Shown: piece after piece, positions 23,916-36,800 of the stretch
Layout of the letters: each line of letters opens with the position of its first letter
Position numbering within the stretch: the first letter of the stretch is position 1
Source: Gnetum montanum
Taxonomy: Eukaryota > Plantae > Gnetophyta
NCBI GenBank assembly: GCA_015680685.1
Contig: MNCI01002388.1
Span: 69,671-133,670 of the forward strand
Length of the DNA stretch: 64,000 bases
Direction: 5' to 3'
Notes under the pieces: model-generated
Databases searched by the model: none
What the model was told of the DNA's origin: nothing
The model's input: the letters and a program-made list of their open reading frames with translations, nothing else
Program-made: the position numbers and the translations under genes

Positions 23916-24244
23916 TATAATTTATATCATATTAGTTTTAAATAAAATATATATATTTGAGGGTAAAGAGGTTGAAACTTAAAACATTTTTACAATATAT
24001 ACTTGAAGGGAAAATAGCAAACATGATACTTTTATAGAATGTAAACACACATGTCTTAAGTATTAAAGTAGCAATCTTTAGGTTTGACATCCCCTCTTCC
24101 CTTCTCTCCTTCCCAAACTAGCAATCTCTTGCTTACATAACACTTGTTAGATAATGAGCTAGCTAATTGAGCTATCTATCATTGGCACAAGAGATATATG
24201 CATACACATATATTAACACATGTACAAGGTATTCTTAAAAACTC

Positions 24245-24461
24245 AAAAATTTGAAAATAAAATTTTATTGTGTATGTAGATCTTTTGGTTTGGATCTATT
24301 GGATAGTTGAAACATATATGCTAAGAGTTTTGAAAACATCCTTAAGAAAATTAGTAACATTTGAATCAAATTAATTAAGTTTGTAATTATAATATGCTAC
24401 TTATATTTAATTTGTTCAAATGTAGGACATTGTAGGAAATTGTGATATTAATCTTTAATGT
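24245..24461 (-). mobile_element. 3' end of RTE-X copy 4 (continues at 53581)
   Basis: The minus strand reads IKD*YHNFLQCPTFEQI, followed by an AATAAAATTTTATTTTCA tail. It is contiguous with 53581+ once the 29-kb insert is removed. Confidence 0.75.
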
Positions 24462-25469
24462 TGATGAGTGGTGATGTATTCCAAATGCCTAACCATAGGA
24501 TTTACAAGTGTTGCAATAAATAGCATTTTATAAAGTTTGGATGGGACTAGTGTGGTATCTAGATAGTTAGTCGTGAGATTGTGAGTTGCTATGTTCTTGA
24601 CTATACTCGTAGTGGCCCTTAGTGTGTATGATTAAACATAGTTGAGGCACATGATAATTGATGTTATTCTTTCATGAACTAAACTAATTAATATTAAACA
24701 AATTAATTATTTAATCTAATTAATAATGAAATTAAATCCTAGACTAGCCTATGATGATGAGTGTCCATTCCCATCTTGCCATACACATCTTGAACTCATG
24801 TACTTACTTTTGGGATTACCAAGCATTATGGTATTAGGCAAACCAAGTAATAGTATTTCTGGGATTACCAAGTAAATATGTGTTTACTCTCAAAATTGGT
24901 TGTGCTTATTCCATTGAATTTTATGTATGAGGAAAAAGGAAATATTAAGCTACTTGCATGGAAAATAAATTGCATTGAAAGTAAATTCTATTCTAACTTA
25001 AAGTATTGCAATGAATGTGAATCAAACTTGATCTTATTACTACTTATGAATTATGTCTAGGTACACTTGAATAAGATGTAGTACAATTGACTTAGATTCA
25101 CATTGTAAGAACTTGTTGAATATTACAAAAATTGAAAAATGAAGCTAACAAAGTTTTACAACCTACTAACCAAATGATGTCATAAATAGGTGAATTATAT
25201 TTATAGAAATTTATTATATTTGTGACATTGCATTTGTGATATAACATCCTAGCTTGCCATATAGCAAATGCAAGATTGTATTTAATTGATGCAATTTTCA
25301 TTAAGTCTAAGACAAGGACTATACACGCCTTAAGTTTTTTGACATATGAAATATGATGCGTTATCATACCCTCATAACTTATAAAAAACTCATCATCGAG
25401 TCATACAAAATGAATGAAGTTCAATTACAAAAATTATAGGATCACTAGGACTAGAATAATTAACATTAT

Positions 25470-28400
25470 TGATGAGCGACATGTATCTCTACACCCAACC
25501 ATATGAATCACAAGCATTCACGTATGATCTAGTAAAATTCCATGGATGGGACTAGTTGTGGCATCTAGATTGTTAAGCATTGATCGTCGGATGTTGCCTT
25601 CCCACTTAGACTAGTAGTAGCTTTGTCATGTATGGTTTAGTCCAAAGTGAGGCATATGCCAATTAATGTTGTTTGGGCTTCAATACTCCTAGTTGTGAAC
25701 ATGATGAAAGTTGAGAATAGAAATCTAGATCTATGTAATGATAGTAATGTAAATCTACTCTAGCCTAGAGCAATGAGCATCTGGTCCTAGCTTACTGTAC
25801 CCGCCTTGGGTTTATGTAATCGTTACTAGGTTACCATGTGTTATGCTAGTGGGCAAACTAAGCAATAACATTACTAGGATTACCAAAAGATTACACTTAA
25901 ATGCTCAAAACCAGTCGTACTCATTTTTCTTTACTAATGAACAAGAAATTAAAGTACTTGGAAATGTAAATGATTAAACTAAGAATAAAATAAAAATAGT
26001 GCTAAGTAAAATAGTAAAACTAAGTGGATGTTGCAATGATGAAAAACAATCTCGATCTTTATTTCCAGACATGAATTGTGCCCAAGTACACTTCACTTAA
26101 ATAAAGATTCCATACAATTGCTCAACACCACACTACAGGCATCACACTCTATCACTAAAAATATGAAATGAAACTACAAGAAACTACCTAAGGATGGAAT
26201 GAAACTTATGTAGATTCGTGGATCCAAATGTTGTATTTATAGGTTACACACATCCCATGATATCGGATCTACGATGTCCTAGTATGTGCTACGATATTGG
26301 ATATACAACATCATAGATACGATATTGTAGGTGAACAAAAATTGACTTTATCAAATAGATGTAACATAGCATCTACAACGTAGTAGCTAACTAAGATGCT
26401 TCGACAAGGATGCTACAACACAAATGCGATGTAACATCTACGACATAACATCTATGATATCTCAGCCAACTGATGATTCATCATACCCCCACGACTGACT
26501 AAAAACTTGTCCTTGAGTTAAGATGATGGGACCGAGCTTTCTTTACAAAATTGGGAAGGTACGAGATTATTGATTAACTATAACTATTGATTGACTCTGA
26601 GTGTTGTAGTGGTGTGTACAATAAATGACACAGTTACATGACAAAATAAAAACAAAATTTAAAGTGGCTTGATGTAGTTCGTATTTTAGGTGGTGGTGGC
26701 TCTTCCATCGAATTCTTCCCTTTGTCGTCAGGCTTCTAGAAAGTTTCTCCTCTTTTGTCATTGTCTTCTTTTTCCATATGTCCTCTCTATTGAGTATGAC
26801 ACAAAGACTCCTTCGATTTTAACTATTGCATTGGCCTCTTTATTTCCCCAGAATTGGTATGTTTCTTCTAAGTTTCATTCATCGTTGTTGGTTAGTGTGG
26901 GCCATAATGGAGATGTGTGGAGTTACGTCTTTACAGCTTCCAGGTTGTGAAGGTCCTCCTTTTGGTATCTTCTTTGGGATTGCCTGCAATCAATCAAGAG
27001 TTTAGGATTACCAAAATCTTTTCATCGGTGCTTAATTGTTCATAATCCTTCTCATACTCTTAGATAGATCAAGTTCTTATCATCTTATGATTATAGAGTT
27101 AGAAAAATTTACAAAAAAGGAATTCCTTAGGTGTTATTTATTTAGTTACTTATGGACTTCTTATTGTTTTCTTGCTTATTATGGCCTAAACTAGTTGGTA
27201 TGGCCTTTTAGGAGTATTATCTGAATATTTATGGCCTTAGTTTGATTGATTAACTTTAAGATTCTTATTATCTCTTTGTACTTACCCTTTATAGTATCTT
27301 CCAAGTGTTAGAAATTTTTGGCTCAAATTTTTAAATTTTTGTTTGCTTATATCACATAGTGCACCCTTCCCCACGACTAAGTTGAGTGCTCTAGGATTAA
27401 CAAGATTTAAGAATTTTGGAAATCGGAGCTACAAGGGCAAAGTTATGGCATTTGAAAGCTGGTGTGCAAGAGCTTTGAGAAAAAAAATACAACTTCTGTT
27501 GCTACAAATGAGAGAAATGAAAAATTTCACTAACTCCCATGTATATATATACTAGTTTTGTATGTGCGACATCATAGATACAACATCGTAGGTGCCTATG
27601 ACATCATAACTATAATGTCACTGTTAAAAAGTTCAAATGGAAAAAATAAGTCAGATGGAATGTTTGGAAGATGTAAAGCTTGTCTAGAGGATCATGGGCC
27701 ATGAGTGATGCACAATTTTCAACAATTTAACATTCAAGATTCATGAAAAAGGAATCTCAAGCAACAAAAGTTTATAGTATGGATAAGAAATGAATAATGA
27801 ATTTATGATGTATGGATAGATTATTAGATGATATGGGAATGTTATTAGATGTTTTGAAAGGCACATGATGATGTGGAATTGCTTGGCAAGTATGAAATAC
27901 AAGAGTTATATAGGTGGATCCTTTCCAAAGTAGGCTCCAGCCCTTAGTGCCCTTGTATAACCACACCTAAAGTGTTCTTATGCACTCATGGAGTTGAATG
28001 CAAGAGATACCTATCTAGCAAAACACTCATATTAGTATCACTAGATTGAGAAAATAATGCTATATTACACAAAATCACAAGTTATGATTAACTATACAGT
28101 GAGGTGAGATGGACTAGAGAAGGGATTATTGAACTTGGGATGTGAGGTGTCTTACCATAGGCATAATAAATTCTTGTGTTTTATTAGTGGTTAAAGTAAT
28201 CATTAGCCTTTCTATTAAGGATTCAAACCAAGTCCAAACCACTTTCTAATGACATCGCATTGTTTCATCTCTTGGATTTACAACCACAAGACTACCACTA
28301 TTACAAAGAGTTTTGCCACAGTGTATTGTCCAAGGGAGGAGTTTATTTATTGCAATTTTTTTTTAGTTTTTAGATTTGAGAAGCTGCATACCTTTAGGCA

Positions 28401-31400
28401 TGGGTAACATGTCTTTCCAGTGGGACCCCCAGAAATTTATTCTTGTGCATTTATTTTATTTTTAAATGTGTTAACCTTATTAGAGGACTACCCTCAGGCA
28501 TGGGTAACATGTATTTCTAGTAACATGGTAAGGTAGCACTTATTGTGCTCTTACTCCCATTTTTTGTTAAATCTACAAGGATATAATACATCCTAAGTAA
28601 TAGGATAGAACTCATAGTAGTAATTTAAGAGAATTCACAAATCCCCTTGATGTCACACCCTTTACATTTCCACTTGGTTCTTCACTCTTTTATCCAAGCA
28701 TAATGATCACAGGTTTATTCCTTGTTTTATTATGGGAAGAATATCATTATGGCCATGGTAAGAACCTCTTATTGTTGGAATGGATGGATGAATGTTGTGG
28801 TCTCATTGTATAGAAAATCAATCGTTTATGACTTGATAACATAGAGAAATCTTCATCTTATTGGACTACATCTTACCATATTCTTGGTGTGTTTTATTAG
28901 TAATCCAAAATATGTACAAAGAAAATGAAAATAGATTATGGAAAGATGAAAAAAATAGTAAGAATGGAAAAAATGAAAAGAATGAAAAATTTTAAAAGAA
29001 TGAGAAATCACCAAAGAACAGAAAAATGTTAAAGAATTAAGAAATTGAAAATTATAAAAGAATGGAAAAATATATTAAGAAATGTCAAAAGGTATATCAA
29101 GAAATTAGAAATTAAAAATAATTGTAAGAAAAAATATTGCAAAACACTTTATAATTCTTGAATCAAGAGAAGGCATCTCTCCCATGATTGAACTCATGGG
29201 TAAGTGTTCAGAAAATGCACCCTAGTTCCCCTGGATCATACACTTAAGGTTTTGTACTTACCATTCTTAGTGATTTATTTTTTCTATTGTTATTCCATAT
29301 AATTGTGATGGTAATTGAATTTTTATCATCTAAGTCCTTAGTTCCTCTCTTTGTTTGTGTATGATTGTGGTGTAGTAATCTCATTTGTAAGTTCTTAGTT
29401 GGGATCATTTTCTTAGAATGGGAATTAATAAGTGGTTTAGATTTTTCCATGCACATTTTGAATAATTGAAAGTTCTTAGTTGTTGGCCAATGGATGTCTT
29501 TTGGTTTAGTGGCCCCTGCTCTCTCTTGTGCACACACTTGTTTTTCACATTTGTTATGGACTAGTGTAATGACTGTGTTAACATTCTACAAGGCTGGTCC
29601 ACAATTGCACTCTTTTTTTTTTTCAATAGTAATGCATAGAATTACGAATCTCTCCATAGTGATAGGTTCATCTATCATGTTTTTCATTGGAGTGGTAATG
29701 GGTGTTGGCCCTTGTGTAGGTTTGAAAGACATTATTTTGGTGAGGAAGGGTGTTGCACCTGGCTAGCCTTGTATTGGTTTTGATGAGCGAGTAGGTCTAC
29801 GAGTTCTATGCTCATGTGTGGAAACTGTCCTAAAGAAAGGACATTTTTGAGCTTGTGGTTGAGATCTACTAGCATTATCATTTATGTGTATGTCCATAGC
29901 ATAAGTGGGATTCTTCTGTTGATGTTGTGGTGCTAATCCTTCTTGTGCTACTAGTGGTGACATGGTGGAGGAAAGTATGAGAATATTGAGGATGTCATGG
30001 AGGATACGGGATTTGAGATGGTGATCCCATAGGGGATGCTGTGGGTTGATGATATTTGAGAGAGTGATGGTAGTGATTTGAGGTAAAATAAGTAGAACCA
30101 TTTGGGGAAACAAGTTGTTGAACATAGTAGTCATACAATTTTGCCTAGCAATAAGGGTATTATTGGTTTGTTAATAACATCTCTCATGACTGTGGGTTTT
30201 TCCACTATGAGTTATAGTAGTTTTGATGTTGATAAGAAGTCCCACTAGAATAGTATGGTTGGTTGTAGGATGGTCTATAATTACCTTGTAAGTAAGGGAA
30301 TTTCCTAGGCATTTGCTTTTGTACAAACTTGGGATTTAAAGCAAAAGCCCAAAACTCTTGGAGATGTAACATAATCAGGTAATAATATTTTGGATGATCA
30401 TATTGGCAGATGTCACATCCATCGTCCTCTTATGTGGTTGAGTCTATAGCATCTTCTACTACAGTTATTTTTCCTTTTTGCCGATAAGTATTCCTACCTA
30501 TTTATTTGTTGTTTTTCCTCTTCTTATTTTGATCACTTGATCCATTTTGTATGACCCTCTCCTCTATGGTTTTCATGTAGGTTGTAACTTTGTCATTTAT
30601 CAACTCCCACATCTTATCTGTCCTTGCTTTAAGCTTAATGATAGACTTGTGTACTGGCAAGGTTTGTTGTGAAATCATCTCATCAAGATCTACCTCTTTT
30701 TCCTCATCATAGATATGGACCCTCTTCTTTTGAAGAGTTAGGTCCTAGTTATATTCCTCTACATTCTCTCATTTACATAGCTCTTCATGTTCTTTTTGCA
30801 CCTACTCAACTAGCCTTTGTATCTGATGGGCCTTTAATTTGGATAACTGACCTTGGGTATAAATCCCAAGGGTATCTCTCATTTACTTACAAAGCCAATC
30901 TATGATGTGGAAAAGCTATTCATTTTGAGAGAAATCATGGTCTAGACATTTATGTAGTAGAAAATAGTATCTATCCAAGGCCACATCCAAGGATTCATGT
31001 TTTTCTTGCCTCCATCCTTGGATTTGTTTTCTCAAGTTGGACACTCTTACATAAGTTTGGTATTTTTCATTGAAAAACTCCAGCATTATGGACCAGTAGT
31101 GGATTGAATTTGGTTTCAACAATCTATACCAACTTTTAGCTTCGTCTATTAGTACCTTAGGAAAGAGCTTAAGCTTTTTCCACTCACTCTCGATGTTCTA
31201 CAAGGTGCAAAAATCATGAAAGGCTTTTAAGTGATGTTGTGGATCAAAGTTATTACCTCCTGTAAATTTAGGGATGTTATTCATATCAAGCCTTTTGATG
31301 TGACTTTCCCTTTGATGCCTATGGGATATTCTAATTGCCTCTATTATTTGCATCATGCTCCTAATAGCCAACAATGGTTCATCATCATTAGACATTTCAG

Positions 31401-32975
31401 GGTGATGCTTTTTATTTCTATTTGTCTGATTATGATGATCTCATCTATGCTCACATTGATGATTTCATATATTTCTATTTCTATCATTGTCTTGACTTCT
31501 TAGTATATCACTATTTCTATACCTACATTTATCCTTGTCAAAACTAGATGTGGAAGAAGAAGAGAAAGATGGTGAATTGGAAGAATTGCCACGGCTCCTA
31601 TATTTCCTTCTTGGTCCATTGATGTATCTCTTCTAGGTTTGGAGGAGGTGCTAGGCCTTGAGGCTTTTCTTTTTCTAGGACTTACTCCATCTTCTATAGG
31701 ATTGTCTGCATTAGTTGAATGTAGTCTTTAAGTGTAATAAGAGTCTAAATGAGCATAGGAAATCATTTTTCTTCAGTATAGATCCTATCATTTCTCCTAC
31801 TAGTGTTTTCATCATATGATGCATTATTAGCCCTATGTGAAGAAGACATGGTTTTGTTTGATAATGTGTGTGACTTAAAATATTAATATTTTATAAAAGA
31901 TAGATTTTTAATATGTTTACAATGATCGTGTATAATATAATTGATCTAGATAACTAGCACCATCCTCGGCAATGATGCCAATGATGAGCAATAGGTACCC
32001 CTATGCCCAACCATATGAGTCACAAGCGTTCACATAAAATCCAATCAAATTCCATGGATGGGACTAGTTGTAGTATATAGATTGTTAAGCATTAATCATA
32101 GGACATTGTCTTCCCACTTGAACTAGTAGTAGCTTTGTCACGTATGGTTTGGTCCAAAGTGAGGCATATGATAATTGATGTTGTTTGGGCTTTAATACTC
32201 CTAGTTGTGAACATGATGAAAGTTGAGAATAGAAATATAAATCTAAGTAATGATAATAATGTAAATCTACTCTAGCTTAGAGTGATGAGCATATGGTCCT
32301 AGCTTACAGTACATGCCTTGGGCTCATGTAACTATTAGTAGGTTACTAGGCATTATGCTACTAGGCAAACTAAGAAATAACATTACTGGGATTGCCAAAT
32401 GATTACACTTAAATGCTTGAAACTATTTGTACTCATTCCACTTTACTAATGAACAAGAAGGTAGAGTACTTGGAAATGTAAATAATTAAACTAAGTAAAT
32501 AGCAAAAACTATGCTAAGTAAAATAGTAAAACTAAGTGGATGTTGCAATGATGAAAAGTAATCTCAATCTTTATTTTTGGACATGAATTATGCTCAAGCA
32601 CACTTCACTTGAATAGAGATTTCATACAACTTCTCAACATCGCATTGTTGGCATTCACTTTCTATCACTAAAACTATGAAACAAAACTACAAGAATATAC
32701 CTAATGATGGAATGAAAATTATGCAGATTCATGTGCCCAAGTGTTGTATTTATAGGCTGCACACATTCTGTGATATTGGATCTATGATGTCATAGCATGT
32801 GCTACGATATTAGATATACGACATCGTAGATATGATATCGTAGGTGAACATTGACTTTATAAAATATATGCAACATCACATCTACGACCTAGCAACCTGA
32901 GATGCTTCGATAGGGATGCTACAGCATAGATGCAATGTAGCATCTATGATATCTCAGCCAATTAATGATTCATCA
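25470..32975 (-). mobile_element. Athila-like element B, complete and non-autonomous (gag remnant, no pol)
   Basis: LTRs 25470-26483 and 31982-32975; TSD ATTAT/ATTAC; PBS TTGGCATCATTGCCGAGGA (decayed TGGCGCCGTTGCCGGGGA, tRNA-Asp type); PPT GTGGGGGTA. Confidence 0.93.
30880..31420 (-). pseudogene. Athila-type retrotransposon gag remnant
   Basis: IPKFTGG...DPQHHLKAFHDFC, LKLFP, and PNSIHYWSIMLEFFNEKY...LRKQIQGWRQEKHESL (ORFs 31198..31395, 30916..31122). Confidence 0.85.
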
Positions 32976-33369
32976 ATTACAAAACTCAATTATTGTATTA
33001 TAAAACTTATTGTTCTTTTAGCAATGGTAGTTCTTTTAGCCATGGTTGCTTTGTTGGCACCTTACCTTCTATGCAGAACTTCTAAATGATAAGTTGCAAT
33101 TTTTTCTTATTAGTCTATAGATCTTTAGATAATGAATATCTTTCATTCAAGCTCTAATTCTTATGTTTTCTACTTTTCTATGATCATGTTTTTCTATTGA
33201 CCTCTTCTTATTGTCTTGTGAAAAGTCCTCTTGTGTGTGGAACTCTTTTTAGTATCATCTACAATCAAGAAGGGATCAATGTTAGGTTTGAAAATTTTTT
33301 CTTAGTGTTCAACCCTTTTTAGATCCTTGAATTTGAAAAATTTGGTGTTTAAAGAGAGGGGGAAGGGGG

Positions 33370-33521
33370 TGTTGGAGCTTGAAATAATTGAAACATAGGT
33401 ATACACCAAGATATATAGTCCAATTAGAACTTTATAAATCAACATTGCCTACCAAAATCAAAACTATGACTTGGAGCTTCTAATTCAAGAGTCTTACTAC
33501 TAGGTTAACATCTCATTATTA
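33370..33521 (-). repeat. tRNA-like repeat copy 4
   Basis: Same family; on + it begins TGTTGG directly after GAGAGGGGGAAGGGGG. Confidence 0.7.
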
Positions 33522-33809
33522 AAATTTAGTATGTAAGCTTAAGGTAATTATGAAATAGCATTCCTAAGACTCTAGGGTAATGAGAATAATCAAATTTCTA
33601 GTTATTTTTATTATTGTTACTATTAGTTACCTTAGTATTTAAAAATGGGATGGTAGAAAAATTTTCAAAAATGACATCGATAGCTTCCACAATAGAGAGA
33701 TCAATAATGGGAGCTCATAGGTTTTTAAACATGTAAAATCAAATAGCTAATTTGCAAGATAGTAGAGATGTATTGGAATATTAAAAATCATAAGGGTTAT
33801 ACATTTAAG

Positions 33810-36800
33810 TGTGGATCATTGAACTTAGAAAGGGGGGGATGAATAAGTTTCCTTAATCAAACCTTTATAAAACAAAGCACACACACAAATCTATGTGGTT
33901 CCAAAAATTTGGTACTCCACACTTGGAGGATAGATCGCAAGCACACCTCTAAACTTTGTTGCTTTCAAGCTATGGTTGAAGGGATTACACCCTGTATAGT
34001 CATCAAATCTTGCTCCAGAGTTTGTACCGTAGCACCACTCACTCAACCTTGCAAGATCCCATTAGGCTTGGAAATGTGTTTTCAAGGCTTTCACAACCTT
34101 TACAATCTTGAGCTCTGCACTAGTGTGTTGCACCACAACACCAACAACTCAATCCCACAGGATCCTGACAAGCTCAAGGAACTCAACCCCATAGGGCAAC
34201 AAGAAAAATAATTACAAGGAAAGCTTGCAACTCCATTTGTTGATCCTTATACAATTAGGTACAACACACTTTACAATCCCACAATGATAAGAAAATGAAG
34301 AGCAACAAAGAATTCAATGATTACAAATGATTGCACAATGAATATAATAAGGCTTGAACTTTTTCCAATGCACATCAAGTCTTCTTATAGCTATAGTGTT
34401 GCTAAAACCTTCTCAAAACTCATGCAATGACTAGCTAATGATCATGGGAGACGTCTTTCTTGTGCTTGAGATGTCTCTATGAATTTGCCTTCAAATCTAG
34501 GAAGATGTATTTGTTTCCTGAAAGACGTCTTGTTGAAGTCTCTACTCTAGAAGACATCTTTGTCTTGTGGAAGATGTCTTTTAGAACTTGCTCTACAATA
34601 TGTAAAGATGTCTCTACCTTGTGAAAGACATCTTTCTCTATGAAAGATGTCTTGCTATTTCTAAAAACATCTTTACTTGAGTTCTCTCCAAATCTACCAA
34701 GACGTCAGCTACTTCCTAGAGATGTCTTTCTTTGCTTTCTCTTGTATGATGAATGCATTGTTCATTGTCTGTAACCTTGATCTTATGTATGCTTTAATGA
34801 TGTTCACTTTTCTTGTACAATATTAAGTCCTTGTCCATATTCTTTTGATGTTTGTTTGAAGACATGTGGATGAGCTCCTCCTTTAAGCTCTTAAATAGTT
34901 CATTCCTTGTCCTCTTTAGCTCATATTGGTTTCCTATGTAAGTAGTCCTACAAAAAAAATAACCATACAACCATACAAACAACTTTTGTCTCCATTTTAC
35001 TTAACATTTTGAGCACACCAAAACATACCAAATGGTCCACAATCTCCCCCTTTTTGGTTATGTTAAAAACTTATGAAAATGGGTTAGTGAGCATACAAAT
35101 ATAACCATATTGCTCTCCCCCTTTTTGAACAATAACAAAAAGGATAAGGTGTGCAAACGTGGGTAGAAAAGATAGAAAAGAATAATAATACCATATAATA
35201 TGGAGAGTCAAGTATCACTCATAATCCTAAAAGGATATAGGGAGTATGTATTTATCAAATCCATGAATAGGTGCCCCAAATTTTGCAAGAGCAGAACAAA
35301 CCTTCCAAGTGAAATTCAATCTTGAAGTTGAAGCAAAGGCTTAAGAAACCTATCTCTAAAATGACAATTCATTAGTAGTACAAGGTTCTTGGAATTTAGA
35401 TAATCTTCATTTTTATACAACATTAGCAAATGGGCATATCTTCATGATGAGGTAAATATAGCCATACAGCTTCACCATGGAAAACCATTGATGTCAAATG
35501 AATACATTTCCATAGAGTAATCATGTTATTGCTCAAAATGTAACGAGGAATGTACTACATCCTCCACTTAAGGCGCAATTGTGAAAATTGAAAACTGGTC
35601 TTTTGAGGTCAAAACAAGGAGTTGCAATTAATTCAATAAGAACCATCAGCATTCAATTTTAAAGGTCAAAGCTATGAGTGAGACATGCATACTTTGATGT
35701 TTATTTAAGGCAATGCAACATCCAAAACCATTAATCAAAAATAAAACATGCTGATAAATATACATTCATACACTTCTTGAAATTCTCTCCTAATGTAAAT
35801 ATGATAATGTAAAAATAGTCTATTAATACAAAATATCAAAGATAGAGCATATAGAAATATGTATTTCATCAAGTATCAAGAAATAATATTACAAGTGTTG
35901 CCTCAAATATATCAAGAGTTGATCCAAGTTTTTCAACCAATATTTAAGCTCGAAGTAAAGTGTGAATGTTGAGGAGCAAGTAATCTATCTTCAAAATAAG
36001 TAATTAGTATGGATCTTCATCTTGGTAAATGATCATATAGCAATCTATAACTTGAAACTAGCCATGCCAAATTTCAAAGCAAATTATTGAATGGATAACT
36101 TAATTAAAAGCACAGATACAAAAAAATAAATAAATAATGATCATGGCCTCACTCATAATATCAACTACTAGCTGTATAAAAATAAATACTTCATGCTTAA
36201 GCTAATGATTAATCAATGGATAGGTGGGTTGCTAGTTCAAAATTCATGAGGACTAACATAGATTAATGTTAAAGACCAAAGAGAGATCATCATGTAATGG
36301 CATCATGAATTTCTAGTTTCAACCAAAAGAAATCATCAATAGAATATGAATTAAGTATCAATAGCCATGCATAATTGTTTTTTGAATAAGGCAATAGAAC
36401 CACTTCAAAACAATTGATGCTAATAAAGAATTAAGTATCCATATATCGTTAATTACCTTTTAAATTCCTCATATGTACCAAACACTATCATCTAAGACTT
36501 TGCCATCTCATTAAATACCTCTTTGAAGTTATTTTCTTGCTCATTGTGCATGTTGGCTGAAGTCTCCATGGACTCCCCTTATATTGATTGCATCCAAGAT
36601 GATTGAGATGTAGGCTCCTCCTACATATGTGCTACTTATCTTGGGCTTTTAGGATCACAAAAACACTATAACTATAGATTAACATTAAGTTCAATTGTGG
36701 AGATCTAGATCTTCAACCAGCAATATTGATAGAATTTTATAGGTTTGTTTTATCTTATAAATGGAAAAATCATTCCAAAGACTATGAACATAGAAGCACA

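Noticed and set aside
28915-29150. A-rich purine tract (also 50140-50365) and (GGAT)n near 49992-50015
   Set aside because: Low-complexity sequence inside Athila internal regions.
29244-30134. ORFs similar between B and D (50428..51180) as a captured gene
   Set aside because: Stops and frames differ between the copies and no domain is recognisable. The similarity is explained by shared element ancestry.
34445-34730. CRISPR-like array of short palindromes
   Set aside because: The repeats are ~10 bp with short non-unique spacers, lie inside both LTRs of a eukaryotic retrotransposon, and have no cas genes nearby.
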